A DNA stretch of 64,000 nt from an uncultured virus (IMG/VR IMGVR_UViG_3300025652_000051) (lineage: Duplodnaviria; Heunggongvirae; Uroviricota; Caudoviricetes): the IMG/VR virus record IMGVR_UViG_3300025652_000051; one strand, 5' to 3'. Numbering within the stretch: position 1 is the first letter of the stretch; each line of letters opens with the position of its first letter. Positions 9,747-20,575 of this stretch are shown in pieces. The notes under the pieces were generated by a model that saw nothing but the letters and a program-made list of their open reading frames with translations, was not told where the DNA came from and did no database searches. A program made the translations under genes and the position numbers.

Positions 9747-11350
9747 TGGTAGTATTTTCAGGAACGGTTCAATCAGATTTTTTAAAGAAACTTCCTTCTG
9801 AACTGGACAATAAGCAGGGACTCATAAATTTCGCTTCGTCGGACTTTAATTCTTTACGATCTAATCTGTTATCGTATGTAAAAGCTAATTTTCCTTTAGA
9901 TTATAATAACTTTGAAAGCTCTGACTTTGGAATGTTATTACTTGAGATGATGGCAGCGGTAGGGCACATTCAATCGAATAAGTCTGATTACCTTGCTAAC
10001 GAAAACTACATTGGAACGGCACGTAGTAGGGATAGTGTAAAGAGATTGATGGAGCTTATAGGGGTTCGGATGAAGGGTCCTATTGCTGCTGCTGCTAACG
10101 CATCCGTTACATACACTACGAACGCTGTTGCTGCTCCTTCTTCAATGACAGTAGCGGCTGTTGATAGAGTTAAATCAATTACGTCTCCTGAGGATGGAGC
10201 TACGTTAAGTTATACGTTATACAAAGTAAACTCAAACGGAACTGTAGACTTAACCACTCCTTCAGTTGATTTAGAATTTGAAGTTTCTTCTTCAGGCGGC
10301 ACAGTCTTGGTTACGGATGCGGTATTGTTGGAAGGAGCTTTGGTAAGAGAGAGGGGGACCTTTACGTCTCCTGAATCTATCCAATCAATCAATCTAGGTC
10401 AAGCCCCTTACATTGAGAAAAGTGCTCAGGTGTACCTAGAAGGAAATCCTCTAACCGAGGGAATTTATAAGGAAGAAGAAAATATCTATTTCGCCTCCGG
10501 CGGCACAGATAAGGTTTTTCAGGTAACTACTGATGAAACTTTTAGGGCTTCTCTTTTGTTCGGGGATAACAGTATTGGTCAAAGCCCTTCTATAGGAGAT
10601 CAATATACTGTCACTTATCGAGTTGGAGGAGGAACTAGAGGTAATATCGCAAATGGATCTTTAAACATTCCTATAACCATTACTTCCACGCTTGGCGCAG
10701 CTACGGAGCAGATTCAAGGAACCTTGGAAAATACTAGTGTAGGAACTGGAGGAAGAGGTGCCGAGTCTATAGCTCAAGCTAAAAGATATGCGCCACTAGT
10801 GTTTAGAAGTCAGGACCGGCTTGTAACTCTTTCTGATTATAAGGGGTTTGCTAATTTGTTTGCCTCTAACTACGGAAGCACTGGGAAGGTCACAGCCACC
10901 GTTAGACGAGCTTATTCTTCCGCTAATATGATAGACTTGTTTGTATTAGAACGAGCCTCAGACAGGCAACTGAGGCGTGCTACGAAGGAGTATAAGAGAC
11001 AGCTTCTGGCTGAGATACAAGACAAGAAGATGCTTACGGATGAGGTTGTCATCGTTGACGGATTAATCAGAACTTTAGATTTGATAGTAACTTTAACTGT
11101 AGATTCTAAATTCAGAAGAAATGAAGCTCCTTTAATTCAGAGTGCAAGAGCGTCCATTGAAAACTACATGAACATTGATAATACTGACTTTGCGGAGCCT
11201 TTCGTTCCTCAGGATCTTATTAGAACTGTTCTAGAGGATGAAACTAATATTAGATACGCAACGGTTGACAATGTGGAATCTGCAATTACAGTAGGCTTTA
11301 ATGAAATCATACAGCTTAATAACTTAACTGTCAAGGTAAATTACATCTAA
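9746..11350 (+). CDS. Baseplate wedge protein, gp6/baseplate J-like
   Basis: DFNSLRSNL..Y...DYNNFESSDFG, FGDNSIGQSP, YRVGGGTRGNI, GGRGAESI, QDRLVTLSDY. Confidence 0.88.
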   Translation: MVVFSGTVQSDFLKKLPSELDNKQGLINFASSDFNSLRSNLLSYVKANFPLDYNNFESSDFGMLLLEMMAAVGHIQSNKSDYLANENYIGTARSRDSVKRLMELIGVRMKGPIAAAANASVTYTTNAVAAPSSMTVAAVDRVKSITSPEDGATLSYTLYKVNSNGTVDLTTPSVDLEFEVSSSGGTVLVTDAVLLEGALVRERGTFTSPESIQSINLGQAPYIEKSAQVYLEGNPLTEGIYKEEENIYFASGGTDKVFQVTTDETFRASLLFGDNSIGQSPSIGDQYTVTYRVGGGTRGNIANGSLNIPITITSTLGAATEQIQGTLENTSVGTGGRGAESIAQAKRYAPLVFRSQDRLVTLSDYKGFANLFASNYGSTGKVTATVRRAYSSANMIDLFVLERASDRQLRRATKEYKRQLLAEIQDKKMLTDEVVIVDGLIRTLDLIVTLTVDSKFRRNEAPLIQSARASIENYMNIDNTDFAEPFVPQDLIRTVLEDETNIRYATVDNVESAITVGFNEIIQLNNLTVKVNYI

Positions 11351-14300
11351 TGTCGGGTAAGACTTATTTAAGAAATCAAACATACTTTAAGCCAAATTAC
11401 TTTAAAGCATTAAAGTACATTCTTCCTGAGTATCTCTATGAAGATGATATCGAGGGAACCGCTAAGGACGTTGATGTAGTTGACACTTTAATCAACTCTC
11501 ATTTAGATATCGCTAATAACATATCTTCTGTGTTACATGTTAGTGCTGTTTCGCAGGGCTTGTACAGTTCCATAGATTCCTTTAAGGGCATAGCTCCATT
11601 TTTTGTAAAGCAAAATCAACTAACCAACATTACTACTCAAGAGTTCGAAGATGATGTTCTTACTTATTTTGACAGGACGTTTGCTAGTTTTGAGAACTTA
11701 AATGAGTTTGACCAGTTCCTAGAGGATACTTTACTTCCAGCTATAAACTTAAACAATCCTGACTCTACTTACTTTGGAAGTATAGGATCCACCTCCGCTA
11801 TACACAATTATTTAATAAATAAATTATCTTGGATGTATTTTTTAAATACTTCAGGAGATTCTTTTGATCCCTCTTCTTATGTCAAGGGTTTAATAACAAG
11901 TAGTTTATTTGTAGGCAATCCTGTAAGCATTAGTGACGGTATCAAGGGATTGACGGAGTTTGTATGGAGAAACGAAATGGGGGACTACTATCCTTCAAGT
12001 TTGTTTGCCCCTGGATCATCTGCTTCTTTGAGTGGGACACAGCAATTAGATAAGTTAAAGACCTGGGTTGATGTAGCTTACTCCCCTCTTTATGCTGACA
12101 AATCCGACTTTACTGTTAGAGATAGATTTAAAACCTTTTCTGAAAACAGTATAAAGTATACTGATAAGGTTGAAAGTGGTCCGTTCGCCAGATTGATTAG
12201 GTCTTTATCTTTCCTAGCTTTTGACATCAACAATCAAACTGAGGAGATTGCTTCTCTATACGATATAGATGATTGTCCTGATGATTACCTTCCTCTTGTA
12301 GCTCAATTAATTGGTTGGGATTTATATGGGGATGATGCGAATAAATGGAGGTTACAACTAAGAAACGCTGTTTCAATTTATAAAACTATTGGAACTAAAA
12401 AAGCAATTCAACGTACTGTAAATACTGTTTTTCCTAAAGATAAATTTCCCATTGAAAGTAGGATTACTGAGATGTGGGAGTCTTATGTTCCTTATCTAAT
12501 TTACTACGCTTTAGCTACGGAGTCCGATAAGTTTAAAGACTTCCAGACATGGAATCGTGACGAAGCTGAAAACATGGATGTTGAAGGTTACTCAACCAAC
12601 AGCATGGATGAAAACATTAGGATGGCTGTCGATAGGATTCTACTAGAAACAGTCCAGCAGTTCCCTGATAGTTTCTCCCTAACTTATTGGATTGAACAAT
12701 CAAGTTTATCGTTTAATTACAGAGGAAGAGTATATCCTATTCCTCCGTTTGAAGAGTATCCATACTATGTTAACGTAGAGCTAAACCAAGATATGATCAG
12801 CTTTATAGCTGATAGATTAGCTTGCTTTGGAGTTAGACAGGAGTTTGCTTTAGATGTTAGCTCCTACATATCTTCTAATGCATTGAACGTCGATGATGAA
12901 CCTCGTGCAGGGTCATGGCTATTATTTACGTCAGGTTATAATTCTCCTCCAAATCTTGATAACCTTTTATTGAACCTTAACGATAACAGGTTTGATTACG
13001 CTAGCTTGTGGTCAGGTAAATCTTCTCACTTTAAACTTGTTTTAGATGCTTCTGAATTTGATTTTACTAAGAAAGGATTGACTGGCGTTGACTCCGGGGA
13101 TGCTATTGGACTTTTATCTCAGTCTGTGCTTAGGAGTGCTCCTGCTCACTCCATACCTTTAATATCCTTAGAAGTTTCAGGAGAACCTGACTTAGTGTCC
13201 TTGGAGGGTAGTTCCCTTCCTTTAATATACTACGACGATACAGAGATAGATGTTGGTGCTGGAAATAATTACTTCACTAAGGGATTCTCTTTTAACAGTT
13301 ATAAGAGAGGAGTTAATCCTGGGGGAAACGAAATTCAAAGATCTGCTACCGAAAGCTTGGTATCTCCTGAGTTTCTAACAGAATCAGTAGTAGGTGCAAT
13401 ACCTAGAAATACTTCTAGAAGAAGATCCTATGAGAAAGTAATGCCATTTAATGGGTATTACGATAGGACCGGATTTAATATGCCTGTTGGATTTAGCATG
13501 GCATCAGGTTTAAGCGGTATTCCTTTAGGGTTAGTCCCTAGTTCTTTGGGATACACTCCTGTTACTAGCCATGTTAATCTTCCTGCTATCTGGGCGCAAT
13601 GCGAAGGATTGAATTCTACTAATTCTTATTACGAGTATGATGTTAGTAATACTCAAAACGTAAGAGGCATAGCGTCCACGTTCCAAAGTAATTCAGACTA
13701 TACTACTGATCGAGGGCAGCTTCCAGGAATATATGCTTCAATGCATAGAATAAGTGAGAATGAAAAGTATTTAAGATCTTATCTTGTTAGCGGTCCTATT
13801 GCACTTAAAAATCAAATAGCTATTACTACTGATGAAACTGAGTTAAATACCCTACGAGATTTGCTAACAAATCAAACTAGAGGTATACTTCAGTCGTATG
13901 CTAACGGGTTTAGCAACTCTTCTGTAGTAGGATACGCATTCCCTGAATCCACTAGTGATTATTATAACTTTGAGTTTGGAAGAGATTTACACAGGCTTTA
14001 CCATCAGTATAAAGACAACTTCAAGTGGCACAGGTTAAGTCCTGAGGTACAAGAGTTAGATGGTGCAAACTTATTCTCTCATGTTTTTGGACCTTTAGTA
14101 TACAATCATAATTTTGAAAAATTAGGAAACGTAACGGAATTAGTATCAACCTCTTTTGCTTCTCCTGCTAAGATAAGTGTTACTAGCACTCCCTTTACAG
14201 GAGCAGGATCCTTCGCTGCTTCGTCGCCAGAGAGTATGTATTTGGATACTCCTGAAAGGGTATCTTCTGGCATAATAGATGGAGTTGAGCTTGTACTAGC

Positions 14301-15321
14301 TTCAGCTACAAGCGAGAATAATTCTTTTTCTATAATTAAAGTTCCTGGTAGTTCGAAGAAATCGTATGAGGAAACTTTCCTCTTTGATAAAACTTTGCTA
14401 TTAATGAGGTCAGGATTTGGTGCTCTTACAAGGATTAGATTTGATATTTCTAAGTATGAAGAACCTTACAATCATCCTATCTCTAAGAACTTCTTAACTC
14501 CTGATCACGACTTTAAAATTGATTTAAACAGTATTATTAGCAATGATGCGGGAACTTTCTTGGGAGGGCGAAGAGTAGGGGTTTGGATCCACACTAAGCC
14601 TGAGTCGGGAAAAATGTGGACTTACGATAAGTATGGTAAGTGGATCCATCATGATCAACGGGTTAGCAGATCACACTTAATGTCCAGATACGGTCATATC
14701 AAGTCTTTAGCTTATAAGCCAAATGATCCTGAATCTACTAATACTCCTGGTCTAGAGTGTATCGATAATACGGGGACCTCTAGGACTTCTCCAGTGATTG
14801 GATTAGGTGAAGATGATTTTGAGAACTTTGAGATTCACTTTGATACTAGGAACAGAGAGTTAATAGTTCCGAAAGATTACCAAAGCTCTTATGGACAGAT
14901 TCACAGGTTAACTCAAGAGTATGTAGTTGAAGTATTTATGGCTCCAGGATCCCAACCCGATGAATTTATGTTGATTGACAAGGTTAGTATTCAAGACTTA
15001 ACATTAAAAACTTTGTCAGAAGTATTTGCAGCAGGAACTCTATCTGATCCTCTATGCAGCTTAAGTGAATTTAAATACGGTTGTGAGGAGTATAGGGTGG
15101 AGCTTTCTAAGAAAGATTTGTTTGATGTTTTAAAGCATTTTAATAACTTGTCAGGAAAGAATGCTGCGATCCCTTATGCTAGCAGAGACAAAGATAAGAC
15201 TGAGACTATAATGGGACCTCGGGGAGGTTCAAAAGTTAACTATGTGTTTACGGATGAGTTTGTCGGAGGGAGACATTTACTTAATCCTATACTACATTTA
15301 GAGATTATATTCTATTCATAA
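11350..15321 (+). CDS. Large baseplate wedge protein (gp7/P2 gpI-like domain)
   Basis: YDIDDCPDDYLPLVAQLIGW...LRNAVSIYKTIGTKKAI is the gpI-like motif; follows gp6. Confidence 0.7.
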   Translation: MSGKTYLRNQTYFKPNYFKALKYILPEYLYEDDIEGTAKDVDVVDTLINSHLDIANNISSVLHVSAVSQGLYSSIDSFKGIAPFFVKQNQLTNITTQEFEDDVLTYFDRTFASFENLNEFDQFLEDTLLPAINLNNPDSTYFGSIGSTSAIHNYLINKLSWMYFLNTSGDSFDPSSYVKGLITSSLFVGNPVSISDGIKGLTEFVWRNEMGDYYPSSLFAPGSSASLSGTQQLDKLKTWVDVAYSPLYADKSDFTVRDRFKTFSENSIKYTDKVESGPFARLIRSLSFLAFDINNQTEEIASLYDIDDCPDDYLPLVAQLIGWDLYGDDANKWRLQLRNAVSIYKTIGTKKAIQRTVNTVFPKDKFPIESRITEMWESYVPYLIYYALATESDKFKDFQTWNRDEAENMDVEGYSTNSMDENIRMAVDRILLETVQQFPDSFSLTYWIEQSSLSFNYRGRVYPIPPFEEYPYYVNVELNQDMISFIADRLACFGVRQEFALDVSSYISSNALNVDDEPRAGSWLLFTSGYNSPPNLDNLLLNLNDNRFDYASLWSGKSSHFKLVLDASEFDFTKKGLTGVDSGDAIGLLSQSVLRSAPAHSIPLISLEVSGEPDLVSLEGSSLPLIYYDDTEIDVGAGNNYFTKGFSFNSYKRGVNPGGNEIQRSATESLVSPEFLTESVVGAIPRNTSRRRSYEKVMPFNGYYDRTGFNMPVGFSMASGLSGIPLGLVPSSLGYTPVTSHVNLPAIWAQCEGLNSTNSYYEYDVSNTQNVRGIASTFQSNSDYTTDRGQLPGIYASMHRISENEKYLRSYLVSGPIALKNQIAITTDETELNTLRDLLTNQTRGILQSYANGFSNSSVVGYAFPESTSDYYNFEFGRDLHRLYHQYKDNFKWHRLSPEVQELDGANLFSHVFGPLVYNHNFEKLGNVTELVSTSFASPAKISVTSTPFTGAGSFAASSPESMYLDTPERVSSGIIDGVELVLASATSENNSFSIIKVPGSSKKSYEETFLFDKTLLLMRSGFGALTRIRFDISKYEEPYNHPISKNFLTPDHDFKIDLNSIISNDAGTFLGGRRVGVWIHTKPESGKMWTYDKYGKWIHHDQRVSRSHLMSRYGHIKSLAYKPNDPESTNTPGLECIDNTGTSRTSPVIGLGEDDFENFEIHFDTRNRELIVPKDYQSSYGQIHRLTQEYVVEVFMAPGSQPDEFMLIDKVSIQDLTLKTLSEVFAAGTLSDPLCSLSEFKYGCEEYRVELSKKDLFDVLKHFNNLSGKNAAIPYASRDKDKTETIMGPRGGSKVNYVFTDEFVGGRHLLNPILHLEIIFYS

Positions 15322-16433
15322 TGATTACTCAAGGATTTGGAGAAGTATTAACTGATGCTCTTACGGTGAACCCTGCACTTGCTGACCTTCCTTCAGCAAG
15401 TGCAATACTGGACACCTCTAACTACACTTTCCAAGCTATAACCTATGGAAAAGATGCAGACGGGTTTAGAGGTTTTCATTCACACGCAATTATAAACAAT
15501 GCTGCAACAGGGTGGGTTAATGGTGCTATTTCAAACGGAGCGTCCTCTTACGACGGCCAGCTTTTTGGTGTTATAAACTACGCTTATCCTGCAACCGGAA
15601 TTGCTGGTACTGTAAGTTCTTATGTTACTTCAGCTACTTATGTTGAATTTTCCTCGACGTATAACTCAGTACCTAATTATCCAAGTATATCAGATACTCG
15701 ATTAGAAAGAGGCTCTACCTTAAACACTCCTGTATCTTCATTCTATATCCCCAGTGCATTACCAGACTTAGGCCACTATCCTAATGCTGCTGTAGATCCT
15801 CAACTAAGTAGTATTTGGAATAAAGTAGGAGGATATCCCGTCTCTGGAAACACTAAGTATGACTTTTATTACGGAGGCGGAGGAGGTTTAATTCCGTTAT
15901 TTAGTGGTACTCTTAGTAGCTATTATAATGCTAATTCCCTGTTAGATAAAGACGGATACTTAACCATGAATCCTTCAGGATTAGGTCCTTCCGGGCCTGC
16001 TTCTAGGTATGATAACGGACCTATTTTAGTTAGTGCTGCTACCGAAGGGTTTAATGAGTTAATAGGGGTTCCTGTACACCCTTCTGGGGGTCTTATAAAG
16101 TTGTGTTCCACCATTAGAAATGGTGACGCAGTGAGCCTAGCTGCTTTCGGAGGAGTTAAACACATAGGGGTTTATTGCATGGATGTTAAGAAGATGCTAT
16201 CAGAAGGATTATTACCGCCTTATAAATGGGATGCCCTAAATAATATTAGAAAATATAAACTCGTGGCAAAAGTAACCACTATACATGATCCTTTGATGCA
16301 TAGAGACTGTGTTATATTGTCGGGTTTGCAAGATTTACTTAATGTAGGAACATCGGTAAGTTTTGGTACAACAATATATCATTATCTCGACCAAGCAGGA
16401 CCTCTCGTTTCTATAATATTTGATTTTAAATAA
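15321..16433 (+). CDS. Baseplate/tail-fibre anchoring structural protein
   Basis: MITQGFGEVL start and KHIGVY...YKLVAK motifs; paralogous pattern to the next ORF. Confidence 0.5.
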   Translation: MITQGFGEVLTDALTVNPALADLPSASAILDTSNYTFQAITYGKDADGFRGFHSHAIINNAATGWVNGAISNGASSYDGQLFGVINYAYPATGIAGTVSSYVTSATYVEFSSTYNSVPNYPSISDTRLERGSTLNTPVSSFYIPSALPDLGHYPNAAVDPQLSSIWNKVGGYPVSGNTKYDFYYGGGGGLIPLFSGTLSSYYNANSLLDKDGYLTMNPSGLGPSGPASRYDNGPILVSAATEGFNELIGVPVHPSGGLIKLCSTIRNGDAVSLAAFGGVKHIGVYCMDVKKMLSEGLLPPYKWDALNNIRKYKLVAKVTTIHDPLMHRDCVILSGLQDLLNVGTSVSFGTTIYHYLDQAGPLVSIIFDFK

Positions 16434-16434
16434 T

Positions 16435-17052
16435 ATGAATAAATCACTATCAAGTCAATTGGGTATTAAAGGTCATCTCACTATCCACAAGGTAAAGGAT
16501 GATCAGGAAGAGCTACTTTATGACGAAGATAATGTCATTGTATCGGGCTTCGGATGGGCGTTAGCTCATCTTTACGGTAGAGTGGGATCAGACACCATTA
16601 CTGATTACCAAATCGACAGGTTCAAGTTAGGTGTTAGCGGATCTGAAGCACTTCAGGTAAGCTCCACCTCCGATCTTTCTGGATCCCTATCTTCTGCTGC
16701 GGAATACACCTCTACTGGTGATAGCAACCTAGCTGCCGTATCAGGGTATCAATGGCAAAACAATGACGCTCCGGCCACTCCAAGATGGTATGCTAAGATA
16801 CCTTACAGCAAGGTTACAAAGGTAGATGAAAGAACTGTAAGATACACTATATTCATTGATGAGGATTCTTGTAATAACCTTTCTAGACCAGGAGTCTCTG
16901 AGGCTAGTTTAAATGAAATTGGGTTGTTTGTAAAGAATCCAAAAGCAAGTTCACCTGAGACTTCTATTTTAGCAGCTTACAGGTACTTTAGCAATATTAG
17001 AAAAACATCAGATTTCGGTCTAGTGTTTAGATGGACAATATCATTCGGATAA
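16435..17052 (+). CDS. Baseplate/tail-collar-type structural protein
   Basis: NVIVSGFG...LNEIGLF...LAAYRYF..IRKT.DF.LVFRWTI; likely ATG at 16435. Confidence 0.6.
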   Translation: MNKSLSSQLGIKGHLTIHKVKDDQEELLYDEDNVIVSGFGWALAHLYGRVGSDTITDYQIDRFKLGVSGSEALQVSSTSDLSGSLSSAAEYTSTGDSNLAAVSGYQWQNNDAPATPRWYAKIPYSKVTKVDERTVRYTIFIDEDSCNNLSRPGVSEASLNEIGLFVKNPKASSPETSILAAYRYFSNIRKTSDFGLVFRWTISFG

Positions 17053-17053
17053 A

Positions 17054-20000
17054 ATGTTAAACCCAAGTGACGTGTATGTTGAAGGTGGCTCAGATAAGCT
17101 ATTAGTCTGTTGGACTGATAAGGTTACGAAGTATGACGCTAGCTCCTTTTATAACTGGGAGCAAGACAACCTGCCTTTATATGATTTAGATGAGCGTACT
17201 CATTTAGCTTGGGAGAAGTTTGGTCACCCTACCTCAGCATTGACAGGCATGTCATTTATTGTATCCGCAGACGCTACAGACTCTTGCAACCCTTTGTACT
17301 TCACTACTCTTAGTGCTTGTGTGGCTGCGTTACCAGAGGTTATTAATTATCCTATTCTTGTAGAAGTTGCAAGCTTTGGCAACCTAGGAGGTTTAGAGTT
17401 ATCTAATAAGTCTTTTGGTCCTAGAGGTTCTATTGAAATTGTAAATAGAAACAGTTCTTTTGGATCGCCTACTACCGCTAGTGGTGCGGGTAGCAATAAG
17501 ATGTCTTATGCTACTTTTGATTCGGATTATACAGATTACTCTTTAGTTTCTTCAATTAGCAATGGCAATACCGCTTCTATAGCTGCTGCTCTGACAGCGG
17601 GATCTGCATGTCCTCTGCTAGCTAACGATGCTCAGAATGCTAGACTTCTTACTAAGGGTAGTAATGGGGAAGAAATATTTATTTCTTCGGGTGTTTCACC
17701 TAGTTCGTATGCGGATGCTAGATTTGTAAATCCTTATGTATTCTGTAAGAAAACCGATTTTAATGCCCCTTCTTTAGGTAGATTAACGGCTGCTCTTGCA
17801 AGCACTGAAGCCCCTTGGGATGTTGCGGCTACGAGTGTTACTGTTGCTTCTAAATTTAAGTTTACTCCTTTTGATAAGGGTAGAACTGCTGAGAAAGATA
17901 CTTATGACGTGAGCACCGTAAACCACTTATCTGGCGATGAGATAAAATGGGGTGGCTTAAGTAACAACAGTCCTATGACTGCTTTTGCTTACTTTAATAG
18001 CCTAGATTATATTAAGGTTAACAATTGCAATGGTCCTGTCTATATTAGAAATTTCAATGTGGATAGTCAACATGCGAAGGACAGGGGAATTGAAGTAAAA
18101 AACTCTAAGGTTAATTTAGAAAGATGTTCAGTCTCTAGAGCTAACAAGGCAGGATTACATGTAGATAGCTCTGAAGTTAATTTATTAAGAGGGTTTGTTT
18201 CATTTAGAAACTACGAATTAATTAACCTAGTGAGGACAGGTGTGCCTTTTGCAGACAAGAGAGAAAGCTACGCTAGTCAAGACTCTTACGGTGCAGGAAT
18301 TTACGCAATTAATTCTATTGTAAATATACAGTCTACTTATTCTAGAGATATTGAAAAGTCTTCTCAAGCTTCGGCTGCTCCTTACTATGCTAATTGGGCA
18401 GCGGCAGCAGGAGCATCAGGCATTCCTCTTCCTTCCTTAGAAGCTATTTACTGCTTGTCTAGAAACGACATAGGCATCCATGCTGTCAACTCTACCTTAA
18501 CAGGCGGAAGAACTGAGCTAAACGGAATTTCTCCTACCTCCTGGAATGACGCTATTGCATTAACTTCTGAGCTTAATACTGAAGCCGGTATACGATTAGA
18601 AAATAGTGTTGTAGATTATAGTGGTAGATTACTACTGGATGGAAATTATTTTGGTCTTGATTCTGCTAACTCAAAGGTTTTCGTCGATTCGGTAGCAGCT
18701 AGGTATAATCAAGCAACAGGATATAAGTTTGTAAATTCTGAGTTCGTATACAATAAAGATTTGTATGCCGGATATCTTATGGGAGTATCTCAGGAAGTAG
18801 GGATTGAGACACATTTACTTTCGCAAGTTTTAGGTGCTTCAAATAACAAGGATATAGAATGTTATAACTCAACCATATCTCCCTTGTATGCGAGTTCTAT
18901 GCCTAGCCTTTATCAAGCGGTTTACACTGCTTCCTCTTTTGGCAAGTCTGATAAGACAGTAGGCAGCGATGGCACTGTCTTGCTTCCTTCTATTGAAGCT
19001 ACTAATAACTCTAAATTAGATTTGATCGGTGCTCATATTGATAGGTCCGAAATAGAAGATGATTTAACAGGAAATTCAGAAGCTTGCTACGGAGCAATGA
19101 TTAAGGCAACCGACAATTCAACAGTTGTTTGTAGGGGAACTAAGCGATATGCTAACGTCATGTTGGGTCCTGATAGTAGGGCGAAGTCACATCCTTTAGC
19201 CGCCGTGTATGCTGGGAACAATTCTAAGGTAGCATTTCAAGGCCCTACTGTCATAGCTATGGTGGGTGTTGATGCTTTGGCTGAGGGGAACTCGATTATT
19301 GATTTCGGACCTCACAGAAATACTGAAAATGAATTACTAGTATCCTCTTTTGATTTATCTTCTGACTCGTCAAACCATAGTAGAGTTGAACTGCACTCTG
19401 TAAGAGCATGTCTAGTCGCTAATCAACAATCTAAAATCAGTATGACTGATTTAGGTAGTTATACTACTTTATATGAAAATAGTCCTAGCGTTAGTGGCCG
19501 AGATGATACTTACACTTATCTACTTAGCGATCAAAAAGAACTTTGCGTAAGTGGTGGATGGATGCAGTTATATCCTAATGCAAACTTAAGCAGAAGCCCG
19601 ACTCAAATTCCTTACAAGCCAGCAAACCTTCCCGCTAAAACTGTAAGTGCAAGATATGCTTTTGCATCGGAAGCGAGTATTCTAGGGTACAGGTATCTAA
19701 ACGCTTACGCCAGTCTTGACGCTACTCCTTCTGCTGTTACAACAGGTGGAATGTCTGTAAGGGCGGTTGGAGATAGTTTAGTAGAGGCTACTAATGTTCA
19801 CTTCCCTTGTGGATGGCCTAACTGCTCTGGTGTAGTATACGACTTCGATGGTACGGCTCCTCTTCTGGGTCCTGTATGTAGCAGGTTGCACATTTGGAAT
19901 ATTGCCGATACTTCTTTACTGAAGGCTTCCTACTTATCTATATCGGGAGTTCATCCAGTTGATGCTCCTTATCACGGTCCTTCGGGAACTTGGAGTGATC

Positions 20001-20575
20001 ACTATGGTGCCCCTAGTACAACTCCTGATACTAGCGGACTATCTATTTTAGATTACTATGGAGTGAATACGGCTAATCCTTTCTTAGGCAGACCCTCTGT
20101 TCAAAATCTTGGAGCTTTCCGATTGTACTTCTCTGTTGACCCAGTTGCTAAATTCCTTGATGCTGCTGGAGGATCTTTGTCAGGAGTTATTCCTCAGGTA
20201 TTCTCACAAGGCTATAGTTTTTCCGGTGCTGTATCAGCCACTGATAACCCTTTCTACGGAGCTAGCGCAAACTACACCTCTCTACTTAGAAAGAAACTTG
20301 TCAATGGTGTTGAAACTAATACTTGGGTGGCTTCTGGATTTTACTATCCTTCTGAAATGGTATCAAATCCAGATACAACCTTGGTAATCGTAGATGATTC
20401 TGGGGCTAACGCATTTGCAAACGCGAAACATAATTCAGTTGACAAATCCTTAATAGGAAAGCGTGTTAATATCTTCTACCCTACTAAGGGATTTGGAGGC
20501 GACTCTGATACTGTTTCACAATACGGACAAGGACTATTATCAGTTAATAACTTCGATCTTAAGAAGGATGACTAA
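17054..20575 (+). CDS. Tail spike/fibre with parallel beta-helix (pectin lyase-like) repeats
   Basis: 1173 aa; recurrent GIxxxNSxVxL motifs (GIEVKNSKVNL, GLHVDSSEVNL, GIYAINSIVNI, GIRLENSVVDY). Confidence 0.65.
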   Translation: MLNPSDVYVEGGSDKLLVCWTDKVTKYDASSFYNWEQDNLPLYDLDERTHLAWEKFGHPTSALTGMSFIVSADATDSCNPLYFTTLSACVAALPEVINYPILVEVASFGNLGGLELSNKSFGPRGSIEIVNRNSSFGSPTTASGAGSNKMSYATFDSDYTDYSLVSSISNGNTASIAAALTAGSACPLLANDAQNARLLTKGSNGEEIFISSGVSPSSYADARFVNPYVFCKKTDFNAPSLGRLTAALASTEAPWDVAATSVTVASKFKFTPFDKGRTAEKDTYDVSTVNHLSGDEIKWGGLSNNSPMTAFAYFNSLDYIKVNNCNGPVYIRNFNVDSQHAKDRGIEVKNSKVNLERCSVSRANKAGLHVDSSEVNLLRGFVSFRNYELINLVRTGVPFADKRESYASQDSYGAGIYAINSIVNIQSTYSRDIEKSSQASAAPYYANWAAAAGASGIPLPSLEAIYCLSRNDIGIHAVNSTLTGGRTELNGISPTSWNDAIALTSELNTEAGIRLENSVVDYSGRLLLDGNYFGLDSANSKVFVDSVAARYNQATGYKFVNSEFVYNKDLYAGYLMGVSQEVGIETHLLSQVLGASNNKDIECYNSTISPLYASSMPSLYQAVYTASSFGKSDKTVGSDGTVLLPSIEATNNSKLDLIGAHIDRSEIEDDLTGNSEACYGAMIKATDNSTVVCRGTKRYANVMLGPDSRAKSHPLAAVYAGNNSKVAFQGPTVIAMVGVDALAEGNSIIDFGPHRNTENELLVSSFDLSSDSSNHSRVELHSVRACLVANQQSKISMTDLGSYTTLYENSPSVSGRDDTYTYLLSDQKELCVSGGWMQLYPNANLSRSPTQIPYKPANLPAKTVSARYAFASEASILGYRYLNAYASLDATPSAVTTGGMSVRAVGDSLVEATNVHFPCGWPNCSGVVYDFDGTAPLLGPVCSRLHIWNIADTSLLKASYLSISGVHPVDAPYHGPSGTWSDHYGAPSTTPDTSGLSILDYYGVNTANPFLGRPSVQNLGAFRLYFSVDPVAKFLDAAGGSLSGVIPQVFSQGYSFSGAVSATDNPFYGASANYTSLLRKKLVNGVETNTWVASGFYYPSEMVSNPDTTLVIVDDSGANAFANAKHNSVDKSLIGKRVNIFYPTKGFGGDSDTVSQYGQGLLSVNNFDLKKDD

